Source: Octopus bimaculoides
Taxonomy: Eukaryota
Direction: 5' to 3'
Assembly: GCF_001194135.2 (NCBI RefSeq)
Contig: NC_068987.1
Location: forward strand, 28,222,466-28,286,465
DNA length: 64,000 nt
The notes under the pieces were generated by a model, which was not told where the DNA came from, did not search any database, and was given only the letters and a program-made list of their open reading frames with translations. Both the position numbers and the translations under genes were made by a program. Of this stretch, positions 25,114 to 38,800 are shown piece after piece (position 1 is the stretch's first letter; each line of letters begins with the position of its first letter).

Positions 25114-27633
25114 GGTACTGTACACACACGTTGTATTGAATTTATATTAAATGAAATTCTTATATCTATCTATATCTATATACAAATATATGTGTGTGCG
25201 TGTGCCGCACGTTTGTGTGCATGTGTGTGTGTTTGTGAAATAATAAAGAATAAGTCAAATAAAAAATTATATTGGTTTCTGAATTTATATTGTAATTTAA
25301 ATTTTCAAACTCTTAATCAGCAAATTGTTGAAAATCAATAATTGTTATCCATAATTTCATTTTGCCCACTAAATAAATAGTTTTCTTTTGAAATTTCTGT
25401 ACGGAGAAATTTTTCTTTTAATTTTAGCTTTATTACTGATGCATATTATATGATTGTATAGACGGATTTAAAGGGTCCCAATAATTGTAATAAGTCATTA
25501 ACTTGCGGATAAAGTGTTTTCCTTGATTCACTTTATAAAATATCACTAGAGAACCGCCTGTCAAGAGAAGATAGTATGTCATAAACTAAGGACCCAATGA
25601 AACTTCTAGGAAAATCCATTAAGACTTACAACTAATCTTGTAGTTTTTAATAAATATCATTAGCGTTATCTGTTATCTGTAATTAAGTAGCGAAACATCT
25701 TAAAACATAACAAAGACTCTGGTATTTGGAGAAAACGATATAATTTATTTGTTTTCTTTTTAAGTTAGAAGATTGAGTTAAGCCACTTCAGTCTGAATAG
25801 CTTCGCCTAACGTATTGTTAGCTATAATTTTTATTACGTTAAAGGTCGATATCGCAGCAACTCTGCTTGGTCAAAGTTCCTATTATCAAGTTCTCACAAT
25901 TTCCCAAAATTCAGCTGTCGCTTTCAAGTAGATTTTGATTAAGATTAGGTATCCTCTGTACAACACTGAAATTAATATTATTATAGAATACATAATCTTT
26001 TAATGCCTTTTCTTTTGGTGAAAATACTTTTCCAAATAACTTTAGATGAATAATGCCATCAGTTAACCAATAATAAAAGTATTATTTTCCACAGCAAGTC
26101 TCGCAAGGACCAAGTGGATTAGGCAGTAAGTTTATATCCTACTAATATAGCATTATTATATATCTCGCGTATTGATATACGATTCTATTTACCTAAAGAC
26201 TTATGCCAAACTAAAATCCTTTGATATTTGAGTCTATTCACCTGACGAATCAATCCTGCCTAATGCATAAGTTCTAGAACAATCTATCGACTCTGATGTA
26301 ATATATATTGCAATATAAACGTCATACCAATATTGAAATTGTTATAGATATCTAAACTTTTTCAGGGAACATTACACATTAGAACTGTCATTTCTTTTCC
26401 CTTTGATTTCAAAGTGAATATTTTTTCGGTCCATTGATTCCCTATGTTCTTTTATTCCTTACCATCTCCAACGACTGTCTTATAATGTGTTGTTGATATT
26501 GCAACGGTTTTCTTACCACAATTTCATGGTTTGTTAATTGCAGTCAGATTTTGGAATCATTGATTTGCAAATATATCAGTCGGGCAATCCTTGTATTTGA
26601 AACTTAAGAAAGCTACTATCTGAACAAACTAAAAACTGAAGTAAACCATATGTAAATTATTCCGGTTTTCCAAAAACAGGATGCAACACATTTCCTTTCT
26701 CACTTGAATTAATATAATGGCTACAAATTTATGTAATCGAGTCTCTAAATGATATTGTGAAACTTTACGTATTCTAAATAGAAAAAATACAAAAAATTGC
26801 TTTTCATTAAATTTTACATCTAAAATTAGATTTTAGATCTACGAATTTAGTTAGAAGCACAGAATGCTATTTTTGCTAGTAACATGACAGTAGGCATTGT
26901 TAGATCCGATTACAAAACTTCGGCGCTTTCTTTTTCTAAGGCACTTTTATTCATGTACACACGGAAATGGTACTGACGTTAAGAGATGTCTCAGTGATAT
27001 TGACAAACATAATTATCACTGACGAAAATCTAGATAGTGTGATTTGATTAATCGAGATAACATATATACGACAAGATTAATAAGGTGGTTTATTATCGTC
27101 ATGAGATCTTTTTTAGATTTATAGTTTTACCAAAATGTACAGCTATATTTACACACATATAAATATATATATATATATAAATATAAATGCGTACATGTAA
27201 ACTTATGCATATATATCTATGTTTCTATATGTCTAAAAATATACGCACGCAGATATTATATACATATATTTATGCATATATATGTGTGTGGGTGGGTGAG
27301 TGTACATGTGTATAAGTCCATTTACTTATGTCTTCTTATTTTCCCAGAATAATAGTACCCCCCACCCACAGTGTAAAGATAATTGCAATGTAAAGTTATG
27401 TCGCAGTACCATCAGTTTTCCATACAGTAAAGTAGCCGGAACCACTCATTAGAACATAAATATACATACATTTACAGTATTTTACATAACGTTTTGCGTA
27501 TGTGGGCATATGATTTTCCTGGAAATATCTTTATATATTTGTATATATATATGTATAATATGTATTTATGTATCTATACACACACATATACGTATTCATA
27601 TGTAAATATACATACATGTTCATATATAATATA

Positions 27634-28896
27634 CAGGGTTTGGAGAAAATAATGGGAACACCTAGCATCATAATTTTTAAATATCTATAAAACCATCAAA
27701 AGCTTCTATATTTTTATGTTTTTCCATTTATTTAAAGTGTTGCTTAATGTTTTGCTAAAATTGCTGTTTCTTTTCAGATATCATCAGAAAAAGGTAATTA
27801 AAATTCATTAAAGTGACAGATGTATCGGACTTTCAAACAGGTCAAATTGTTGGTGCTCCAATGGCAGGCACTAGCGTAAAGAAAACAGCCAAAATGTTTG
27901 GTGTATCAAGAAGTACTGTCTCAAAAGTAATGACGGCCTTTGAGAAAGAGGGAACAACTTCCTCGTGGAAACAAAATTCCGGAAGAAAACCAAAATTTTT
28001 AGATAGGGACCGTCAGACTCTTACGTGCATTGTTAGAAAGGATCACAAACGTACAGCCCCCAAAATTACTGCAGAGCTTAATGACCACCTCAGGAACCCA
28101 GTTTCCACAAAAACTGTTTGCTGGGAGCTGCACAAAGCCGGTTCACAGGAGGGATGCAATCAGAAAACCACTACTTTCAGAAGCAGAAGTTGCAAAGCGT
28201 TAATAGTGGAGTAAATACCTACAGAAATTGTCCCGAGAGCAGTGAAAGAATGTTATTTTCACGGACGAGTCATCTTTTACCTTATTACCGACCACCGGCC
28301 GAATATGTGTGTGGAGACAGCCAAAAGAAGCATCTGACGCAGACTGTATTCTTCCAACTGTCAAACATGGAAGTGGATCTTGGATGATCTGGCGGTGTGG
28401 GCTATATCTTGAAAATCCGCTGGCCCAATGGTTTCCATTCATGGCAGAATTAATAGTCAAGACTATTTAAGCATTTTATCTTATCAAATTCATCCTATGG
28501 TTGAGGAACTGTTTCCGGGGGGGGGGGATCTTTCGGGATGATAATGCACCAATTTACCCAGCTAAAGTTGTTACTGAATGGCACAAGGAACCTTCTTGTG
28601 AAGTTGAACATCTTATCTGGCCACCACAGTCCCAATATTTCAATATTATTGAACATTTAGGGTTGCATTTTAGAAAACCAAGTATGGAGTGGATATTCTC
28701 CACCATCATCATCATCACTACAAGAACTGGAGACTGTTTTAGTTGAAGAATGGACAAAATTCCATTGGAAAGAATTTGTACGAGTCCATACCTCATAGAA
28801 TTCAAGTTGTAATTACTTCCAAAGACGGACCTACCCGATATTAGAATAAATTTGTTTGAAATTTTAGGGTGTTTCCATTATTTTGTCCAACCCCTG
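27634..28896 (+). mobile_element. Full-length Tc1-superfamily DNA transposon (1263 bp), DD36E type
   Basis: TIRs are CAGGGTTTGGAGAAAATAATGGGAACACC and (rc) CAGGGGTTGGACAAAATAATGGAAACACC, 26/29 identical. TA lies on both sides (27632-33, 28897-98) and transposase remnants fill the interior. Confidence 0.95.
27813..28844 (+). pseudogene. Tc1-like transposase, frameshifted (about 343 codons)
   Basis: The N-terminal HTH region reads DVSDFQTGQIVGA...NSGRKPK...VSTKTV..ELHKAG. The catalytic blocks are VIFTDESSFTL (D at 28264), PTVKHGSGS, FRDDNAPI (D at 28540) and WPPQSQYFNIIEHL (E at 28651), and the C-terminus is KDGPTRY* (stop 28842-28844). Confidence 0.93.
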
Positions 28897-30899
28897 TATG
28901 TGTGTGAGCCTGTGCGTATGTTTACATTTGAAAATATTAACAACCTGAATAGGTGCTATGGCCGTGGAATTTTGTACGATAAAGTTGGCTAGTAAAAGTC
29001 TTAAAATATACAACTACTTGAATGGATATAGAGAAGATAAGCTATTAAAGAACTGACGAGTGATTGCTCTGGGGATAAAATTCAAAATATAAACCGAATA
29101 TCTATGATGGAATACTTCTGTGTTCAGTTATTTTAAATTTGTCAGTTTTTTTTTTCTTTTTCAATCATTAATCTACCTTCTACTTAACTACTCTACTACG
29201 TTACACACAGGCACAAACACACATCGGAATGTGTATGTGTGTTGTAAGTGTGTATACATTCATACATACATACATACATATGTGTCTGTGAGTGTAGTGT
29301 GTGTTTGTAGGTATGAATATAAATATCTGAAATTCACTTTTGACACATTCTATAAAATCTAAAATGTAAACACTTTAACCCCTGAAGTACGGTTTTCTAT
29401 TTTACTAAGTTAAGTGATATTTCCAGTTTGGATCACTAGCTTATTCCTTTAATAATTTTCAGCAATACATTGTAAAATTTAATGTATTGTTCTAAGCCCG
29501 TATAAAATACTTCATGAACCTAGCTCACGTGAGTGATTTATCATAAGAATGATTTCAACTGAGATCCTGACGTAAAAATTGCTTTGAGATTAATTATATT
29601 GTCGTTTCATTAATATTAACCTTCTCAACAGCAACCAAAAGATATTTTACTACATTTACAGCTCATAAGAATCCAAATGAATCGTCGGTTGGCTGGCTGT
29701 AATGATGAGCAGTGATTACCAATACTAGCGTTAAAATGTATTATTTAAAATGCCTTTCCTTCTGTCTTCTTTGACTCACGAGACATTTAATGTATACAAT
29801 ACTTCCTTGCAAATATCTTACATAACACTAGATTCTCAATATAACTGAGCATTGAGGTGCTTTGAAATGAAACTAATCGAATTTTTAAATTTATTTGTGA
29901 TTTCCTAATTGAATGAGATATACTCAAACGCGACACATGACGGGATTATAACACAATCGAATACTGTACGAGACACATTTAATCTAAATGGAGTATTTGC
30001 CCAGCAGCACAAATGCTGAATAATTAGCAAGAGAGGAAAACATAATTGTGTTGAAAACATTTAGATTTTATCAGCGGCATGTGTTAAGTATTCTCTACAT
30101 TTTTAGACAAGCAGGTACTTATTCGATGCATAAGCATGATACAAGTTTTAGTAAATAAGAAATGTACACCAAAATATCTTAAACCATGAAATAAAACATA
30201 GTGAATGATTCAGTGAACACCTCTACTAGGTAAAATGTACGCAAAATCATATTTAATGAAAACACAGCATCAACATTGAAAACAATTATTGCATAGTAGT
30301 GATACTTTTGCGATATGCTAGGAATGAACAATAAATACAATGTTGTCATTAATAAAATTCTTATTCACAGAACCATTTTTGTTGAGGAAGTATGCGTAAC
30401 AGTGACTTTTACAAAGTAATTAGTCTCCTGACAAGAAGCCTGATTAACTGGGTCGAATTAGAATTAGAGCAGAGATGAGAAGAAATGCGGAATATTAAGT
30501 GCATTCTGGTGGTTGCTTTTCAGCATTTTCGGTTGTACGAAAACCACGAAGTTTTAGAGGTTTAGAAAGTTTAGAAATGAGGGAATGAATTCTTATGCGT
30601 GTTACGTGCAGTGTCTTTTACTTGTAAAACTGTACCTTGGAGATTTTTGTGTTGTGGATGATGGTTGTGTGCGATGTGTGGACAAATATATCGAATAATG
30701 TTGTATAGACCTTCCTAAAATATCTATAATATACAAAAGTAAAAAGTATTTTCAAAAATAGATATACAGAATAGAGTTAGCATAGCTGCAGTCAGATATA
30801 TATGCGAAGAATCCGAAACCAAGAGAAAATACGTGCATAAGAATCAGAAGTGATGATGACTACAATGACAGTCTGTAAAACAGACATATGCTATTCACA

Positions 30900-31115
30900 T
30901 GCGGAGAACTGGCAGAAACCTTAGCATGCCGGGCGAAATGTTTAGCGGTATTTCGTCTGTCTTTACGTTCTGAGTTAAAATTTCGCCGAGGTCGACTTTG
31001 CTTTCATCCTCTCGGGGTCGATAAATTAAGCACCTGTTGCGTACTGGAGTCGATCTAATCCATTGACCTCCTCTCCCCAAATTGTGGGCCTTGTGCCTAT
31101 AGTAGAAAAGATATA
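30900..31115 (+). mobile_element. SINE family B
   Basis: Near-complete copy from GCGGAGAACTGGCAGAAAC to GGCCTTGTGCCTATAGTAGAAAAGAT. Confidence 0.9.
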
Positions 31116-31436
31116 TGCTATTCAATAAGTGGCAGAGACAGCAGATAAATTCAAAGGAAATGAGAGAATAGAGTGAATGTAACTGGAAGTTTTTATTGCC
31201 TGTGTTCAGTTTACAGAAATGTGCGTTTGGATAAATTAGTAAGAAGATAGAATGAGTAAATATTAAACTACTCACACAAACTGCAAATAAAATAGTAGGG
31301 TTATGTGCTTAAGAAATAGATATTTAATATTAGTGTGATATTAGGTGGTGATGTGACATGTCGAGGTCGGGTCCAAAACCTGATATTTATGCACCAGGAA
31401 AATAATGAACTGGTTGTCATCATCATGATCATTATT

Positions 31437-31652
31437 AAGGTGGTGAGCTGGTAGAATCATTAGCACGCGGAGAAAAATGCTTAGAAGTATTTCATCCACC
31501 TTCACGTTCTGAGTTCCAGTTGCGCCGAGGTGGTTACCTTTGCATCTTATACGTTCGGAGTTAATAACATAACTACCACTGGAACACTAGGATCGATGTA
31601 ATCGACTCAAACTCTTCACTGAAGTTACTGGTATTGGGCAAAGATTTGAAAC

Positions 31653-31660
<8 letters not shown>
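31437..31660 (+). mobile_element. SINE family B
   Basis: Runs from AAGGTGGTGAGCTGGTAGAATCATTAGCAC through TTCTGAGTTCCAGTT and ends in an (ATT)n tail. Confidence 0.8.
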
Positions 31661-31713
<53 letters not shown>

Positions 31714-31749
31714 GCTGCTGCTGCTGCTGCTGCTGTTGTTGTTGTTGTT
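31654..31749. repeat. Compound triplet microsatellite (ATT)n(GTT)n(GCT)n(GTT)n
   Basis: Directly visible, and it lies between two SINE B copies. Confidence 0.95.
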
Positions 31750-31985
31750 AAAGCGGCAAGATGGCAAAATCGTTAGCACACAGGACAAAATGGTTAGCGG
31801 CATTTCACCCGTCGCTACGTTCTGAGTTCAAATTTCACCGAGGTTGATATTGCCTTTCATTAATTCGAGATCGTTGAAATAAGTACCAGTTACGTACTGG
31901 ATTTTATGTAATCGACTAACCCCTCCCGCACAATTTCAGGCCTTGTGCCTACAGTAGAAAGGATTATTATTATTATTATTATTAT
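31750..31985 (+). mobile_element. SINE family B
   Basis: Runs from AAGCGGCAAGATGGCAAAATCGTTAGCAC to GGCCTTGTGCCTACAGTAGAAAGG followed by (ATT)n. Confidence 0.88.
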
Positions 31986-33071
31986 TAATATTATTGATTT
32001 AAGCAAGACCAAAACTTAATTTCAGTGATAAAATCGAAACCAAAGTGTTTAGTCAATTTGTGCATCATATAACTCGTGTGCTCTTCGTCTGTGTTTAGAT
32101 TGTAAATTTATTCAGTTAAAACTTTATTAAACACTATATATAATTACAATTAGAAAATGATATTGAACAGGAAAAGTAGATTTGTTCGTAAAGGAAAAAT
32201 AACATAAAATAATGTTGGTTCAGATGTAAAGAGTGACAAACTGCGATTGCATATCTGCATGTGATACCATATTGTTGAGAACTGCTCGCGATATATATTT
32301 TTTTAAGCAAGCAAACAGTTCCTCAAACATTGCTTAACATCTCAATTAAAATGAATTGTTCTTTGGAGGGAATATTATCAACGCAACTGAAAAAAGGAAA
32401 ATACAACAAAATCAGATACAATTTTTTTTATGTAGCAAAGAAACAAAAACAAAATATTAGAAAATGTAATAAATTGATTAGAAAATAGAGCTGAAAAATC
32501 TGTATATAGTAAACTACAAAAATTCAAAAACCCAAACAGCTCAAATTCATTTTTATTTGACATTTTGTTGGAAAAAAAAGAGAACAAAAAAGCCCACAAA
32601 AATCAATGTATTCTAATGAAATGTCTTTACGTTTTCTTCTTTAAGTCTTGCAACATTGTTAACTGTTATTAAGGCAATTATTCAAAGAGTAATGAGAAAT
32701 CGTTTTTACTTTTCAGAAAATAAATTAACATCATATACAACTATTTTTGTTGATTCAATGATTTTTCTTTCCAAAAATAGACTTAGAAAAATTTTGAAGA
32801 AGTGGAAGTTGGGAGACAGAAAGGAAACTTTCTTTTTGCAGTCCGATAAGTTCTGTATGCTATATATTTAATTTTAAAACAACATATTTCCCGATTTTCC
32901 AATATGTTATCTGCCAGTTTCCAGAAGCTGAGTTCATTTTTGAGTTTTATATATTGCTATGCAATGTGAGACATACAACATAGTTTAACTTCTGTGCACA
33001 CACAGATAAATGAATACAGACCTTACATATTTTCTTATACAAGTAAATAATATTTATTCGTAATTGTCTAC

Positions 33072-33103
<32 letters not shown>

Positions 33104-34469
33104 ACACACTCTATAATAATTAAACGCACATAAACCATATAAATTCATATGAACATCATTTCCAGCTGCAAGTAATTTGTCAAAGCGTGCTTAACTTCTG
33201 GTTGAGTGTATGATACCTAAAAAATAATAAGAAAATAAAGCTAATTCGCGTATACGCGTGAGTTGAGGCGTGTGAGTTAGTGCATGCATATATTTGTATG
33301 TCTGTGAATGTCTATCTATTTATATATCCGTGTACACACGCACACACACACACCCATACACACATAAAGACATAATCCATGGAGACACATACACACACAT
33401 ATATATGTAAAGGTAAGATTAAAGGATCAAGTTGTAGGAAGTTAGTAAGCTGCAAGCAGTCTGAAGGAGGTATAAAAAAAACATATGTGTACATATATAT
33501 GAACATACACAGTGGACCATTAGAATCTTGAGAAATATGTAAAATTCCATATAATTAGTATTGAAGGTGCAATGTAAAGAAAAAAATCACTCTGAATGTT
33601 TTTATATTCTTACGTCTGCTACATTGAGTTGTGTGTTATTTATCAATTTATAACAATGTGTTTAAGAAAAATACATGCAAATAAATGAATTAGATGAGCA
33701 TCTACATACTTTTTGCGATTTTTTTTAGAAAGAACTATAGTATTACATATAAGACAAAAATAAATAGTGACGGTAACAAATTTACCAGAGTTAATGTATA
33801 GATTCAAACATACATACACGCTCATACATAAAATAGTTGCCTATGCACGCTTGGTCTTGTAAGTGGTTATAATATTCCTTTAGTTATAATTATAAAAGTT
33901 TATGTTGGGTCCTTACTTTTGGAAAAAATACTGTATTTCAAGAGCGAAGAGCGAAATCAGCAAATGCACTGTCATTTTGTTGATCCAAGATTCAACCGAC
34001 TCTTCAGTAGAGTAGACGTATATAAATGTTGATAGACTCTGTCGGTGATTACAACTAATCAGTGCTTCTGTTGACTACCGAGGCGCTCAACTGGACAAAT
34101 ATTTTGTGGAATGAGAGAAGAGGTCAATAATTCTTGGCGCGAATGCCGTGGGAGGTGTGGCCCGCGAAACACATGGGTCCGGACACATACCAGAAGATAT
34201 TTCGTCCCAAACTTGAAACGTCCCACAATTCATTAAAGTGGGGTATTTTCGTTTAAGCAATCTTTAAAAGTGAAAATTATAGCTGACATGGTTAGAAATT
34301 AACTCAGAACGAGAGGATCAGGTTTCATACTGCTAGGAATTCTCTGTCTTTCACTTGCTGCATATATATATATATATATATATAACTCATTAGCTAGTTT
34401 CAGTTCGAGAGCTTCAGCCATGCTCGGATACTACAGTTATATATATGTAATTACACATGTGCTATTAGC

Positions 34470-34622
34470 GATTTCTTTTCTCTCTTTCGGTTTTCGCTTT
34501 CTTGTTTTCAACGAAGAGCTATGCTCGAAACGTCAAGCAGTGTCTCTCCAAAGAGCGCCAAGCTAATACACTTCTTGTGCACGTCTTCTTGTCCGTTAAT
34601 TTAATTCGCTTATTTGAACTGA

Positions 34623-34625
<3 letters not shown>
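34470..34625 (+). mobile_element. Penelope-type terminal-repeat remnant containing a degenerate minimal hammerhead ribozyme
   Basis: 34509-34534 reads CAACGA-A-GAGC-TAT-GCTC-GAA-ACGT-C. Stem II, GAAA and the palindromic stem III with a GUC site are present, but the CUGANGA core is mutated. Confidence 0.55.
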
Positions 34626-34668
<43 letters not shown>

Positions 34669-35639
34669 NNNNNNNNNNNNNNNNNNNNNNNNNNNNNNNN
34701 NNNNNNNNNNNNNNNNNNNNNNNNNNNNNNNNNNNNNNNNNNNNNNNNNNNNNNNNNNNNNNNNNNNNNNNNNNNATATATTGTTGTACTTGGGAATGAT
34801 CATTTGCAAAACAAATACATAAACGTGTTTGTGTGTAGTCGCGCGTGTCTGTGCGTGTGTTTATATAGAGGACACAACATACACTACTCCATAAATCAAA
34901 ATTAGTTATATGCTACAAAAACACTAACATTCAAACCCTTTTATTGAATAATGGACCACAAACATTTTAATCTTGTAACAAGTATGTTAATGACCAATGT
35001 GCTTTATGTACTTGAGTGCATAAACGTAAACGTCTTATACATCAGGTCTCCAGCAGTAATATTTGCTTACAACTTACAAATCAACTAACGATATACAATT
35101 AATTTACAACATCTATCATCCATTTGCGAATGCACTAAATGATAGAACAATTTGATACAACTTGTAAAAAAAGCAGTAAAAGACGCATCTATTCCATTCT
35201 GGAAACCGCACAGATGATTTATAATGAATGTAATACTCATAACACCACGTAAGCTGAAGCAAGTATGCATATAACAAGATNNNNNNNNNNAATACTCATA
35301 ACACCACGTAAGCTGAAGCAAGTATGCATATAACAAGATAATGACGAAGAAAATTGAAACTAACTGTTTGCTGCTGTATGAACAGAAGAGTATAAAACTA
35401 AAAAAAATCTACGAAATATCACCACTGCCTAATATAAAGCGGTTGCAAAAAGATCCAAGCCTGCTTCTCGCAAATAATGAAACTCTAAGGCCTAGAATCG
35501 TAAATGACTGATGTTTACATGTTTACGGCAATAACTTGCAAGGAAACCATAAAAATATATGAAATTCCTCAATATAAAGTAGACCAGTGGTGTTTTCACT
35601 CGATGTTAAATGAAAAGTTACACTTCTGAAAATTATCTA

Positions 35640-35683
<44 letters not shown>

Positions 35684-35827
35684 ATATTCACACACAATAT
35701 ACGCACACAATATATATATATATATATTGTGTGTGTATATTGTGTGTGTGTTTATTGTGTGTGTTTATTGTGTGTATATATATTTTTTGTGTGAATGCAT
35801 GTATGTTTGTCTATCTATCTATATATC

Positions 35828-35867
<40 letters not shown>

Positions 35868-38800
35868 AACAAACATATACCTACACTCAATATCTCTAAC
35901 TCATACACACACCTTCATTTATAAAATTAACTGACTTGCATGAAGTATATGTTAGATTATTCTGTTCCTTAGAACTATTTTCGAATCAACATCATATTTA
36001 TTTCAGAATTGTTCTTATGAATGAGTGTGAGCCCCCTCTCAACGTATGTGTGTATGTATATGTATGTGTGAATGTGTGTGTGCGAGAGAGAGAGGGAGAA
36101 AGAGAGAGATTGGGGGACCATTGAAGGATTTACGAGTATTTATTGGTGACGAATATTTTTCCTGACAGAACTGCTATAAAATGCTGACAGATAGTAATGG
36201 TTCCGTTTTTCACTGCTAACATAACCAACTTTGCTTCTACCTTATTATATTGAATGAATCTTAGATATGTATTTTATTCACAACACAGAGATAAAATATA
36301 AACCCAACTGCAACACTATACGAAAGTACACATACGTACTATCGTGTATGACACCGCAAATTATTTATCTTTGTGCTCAGCGTTTTGCGTCATTTTACTT
36401 GCTTTCCTGTCACTCTTAATTATGGTTTTGCACTTCATCATAAAACCGCACAGTCTTGCAGTAGCGCAAGGAATCGCTGCCCCTCAATGATAACGATGAT
36501 ATTTTGCTAAAATGTACTGAAGTATGTCATATAGTCCACGATCCAACTCCTTGAGCATACGTGTGCTTTCTCGGGCTGCGTGTAACGGCAGTTAAATCTT
36601 ATTCCAACCAGAACTAACTGTCTTTTCAAAAGGACATTTTTAGACATAATTACACTCAATTAAAAGACTGGATCGTCAAGTTAGGTTTTTTTTTTGCAAG
36701 ATACTATATAACAACAGGAATATGTTTTCAGCTCCAGTAGATATGAATACAAGGTATTTTGTTGAACATTCTAAACGTAATTGTCTGTTAATGTAATAAG
36801 AAGTCGTTAGTAGAAAAAAACTATAATTTAAGCCTTTTACTTTACAAGGTTTACTCTCTACACCCTATCCTCAAACACTGTCATGATTTCTTTAAGCCTT
36901 CATCACCATGATGTCGCAAAACAAGAAAAGAAAAACTTGTCAGCATCTATTGGGTTTGATCCAAGTGACAGGCTACAGCATAACTGCAGTCTTATGATTG
37001 AAAGAGATAACTAGGTAGAAGAGAGACTTAGTTCAGCCTTGTTTGTGCTGCTTATTATCCAGAAGCATTCCATCCATGTGATACCATTTTTTCACGTTTT
37101 TCAAATAACAATGAGTGGTTGGATGAAGTTGCCTGCCATTTACTGCAGACGAAGACATTTGGTTTAATATTGAATAGGTAGCTTGATTCTAGTAAGAATC
37201 TGTTGATAATATGACTAATTAATTTCAGTTATGTTTATCATTAGGGTCAGCATAAGTAGATCGTATAGAGGTCATCAGTTTATCTATGGAATGGACATCT
37301 AGAGCTAATATATTACAAGACTAATTTCAGTTATGTAATTCACAATAAATTTACTATCAGCTTTGCGTAAATCATTGATAGCTTATGTTCCTTACAGAAG
37401 TTCAAATACCTTCTTGTGTATGGCATTTAATTATAGGACACACATCTATGTGCTGCTCGTTTCAGGTTATCCATTATGCGCTGTCAAAGGTTCAACGAAA
37501 ACTTTGAAATGTTTAAAATGCTATCTCGTTTAAAGATCAAATAGAATAATTAGCTCAATTTTCAAAGTCAATAAGAAATATATATGACGTATATTAAGAG
37601 GAATCATTGGCATTTTCTTAATTGCAGTTATAGAAATCAGAACTATAACTTGTCATTTTTGATAAGATAAATATCAGTTATTTATTTAGTGAAGTACTTT
37701 ACAAACGAGGGGAAATTGTGGCATTTTTTAGAAATATTTTTATTTACCTTTAAAACGTTTAACAGAATATGTTAGTAAATTTTAAATAACATATCTTAGA
37801 AAAAGTTATCTATGAACAGCAATTAATGATTGCTGCTTAAGAATCCTGACAGCCACTACATGCCAATCAAGTTGAAGTTAAATTAAATATTCACATATTA
37901 ACGTTATACTAATATTTTCTTTTTAATTTTATACATTTTGAAAATCTTTGCAGAAGAAACGTATTTTTATAGAGAACAATTAATTTTGTTGGATTTTTAA
38001 CATTCTTGAATTAACAGAATATTTTCTACAAAGTGTTTGATTAATGTAGCAGTTTTTACCAAGAATATTATAGATTGCACAGCACAGAAATCCTGTTTCA
38101 GCCAAAAAAATTCGTGAGGATGTCGATTTTTTTCCAACAGAGAAAGGCATCCATAAACATCGCTGTTCACTTTTAAAAACAGAATATTTATATGTGGTAG
38201 ATAGTCTAACAACATTAATGAAAATCAATGAATGCTATAATATAATATATATTTATATTGCGATAGCTAATGAGTTGGTGCATTTCTCATAACAACTTCT
38301 TACTAAAGTAATTCACACTTCAAATGTCAGAAGACGTTTCTCAAACCTTAATGAATTACTGAATTCTCTTTGAAAAGTTTGTCTTAATGCATTGAGATAG
38401 CCAAATCAACTGTCATGCTATTGAATGCATTTAGATACTGAACATATAACAATAAGTGAAATGAATTGTCTAAATTGTAAATCGAATATCTTATGAATCC
38501 AATGTCAAATTAGTTCATACACATCTCCTACCAAACTCTTTACCTCTTATATATATTGACTATGAAAAATTCACTTTCAATATGGCTTTAAATTGTATAA
38601 TCGATATATCGAAGTTACATAACGTATGGTGTGACTGTAGAGTGTAAATTCAGAAATATGATGTATGATTGAAGTTTATTTTACAATCGTAACGCGTTGT
38701 CGAATAATGTTTCTCTCTCTTTATATACATCATATTCTTCATTACGCACCATTTTAACTAGGTGCCATCACATATATTTATATCGATATAAATGTAATGT

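Noticed and set aside
25900-26620. Second NACHT-like impression on the minus strand (FQIQGL, VRKPL, AGLIRQ...WHKSL)
   Set aside because: The motifs fall in different frames and no P-loop is present. It is only worth including in the same HMM search as 5134-6149.
34015-34070. TATAAAT plus TCAGT promoter-like pair
   Set aside because: The spacing is about 40 bp rather than about 30, and no credible downstream exon was found.
35232-35339. Perfect 49-bp direct repeat (35232-35280 and 35291-35339)
   Set aside because: The copies flank a 10-N gap exactly, which is typical of unmerged overlapping contig ends.
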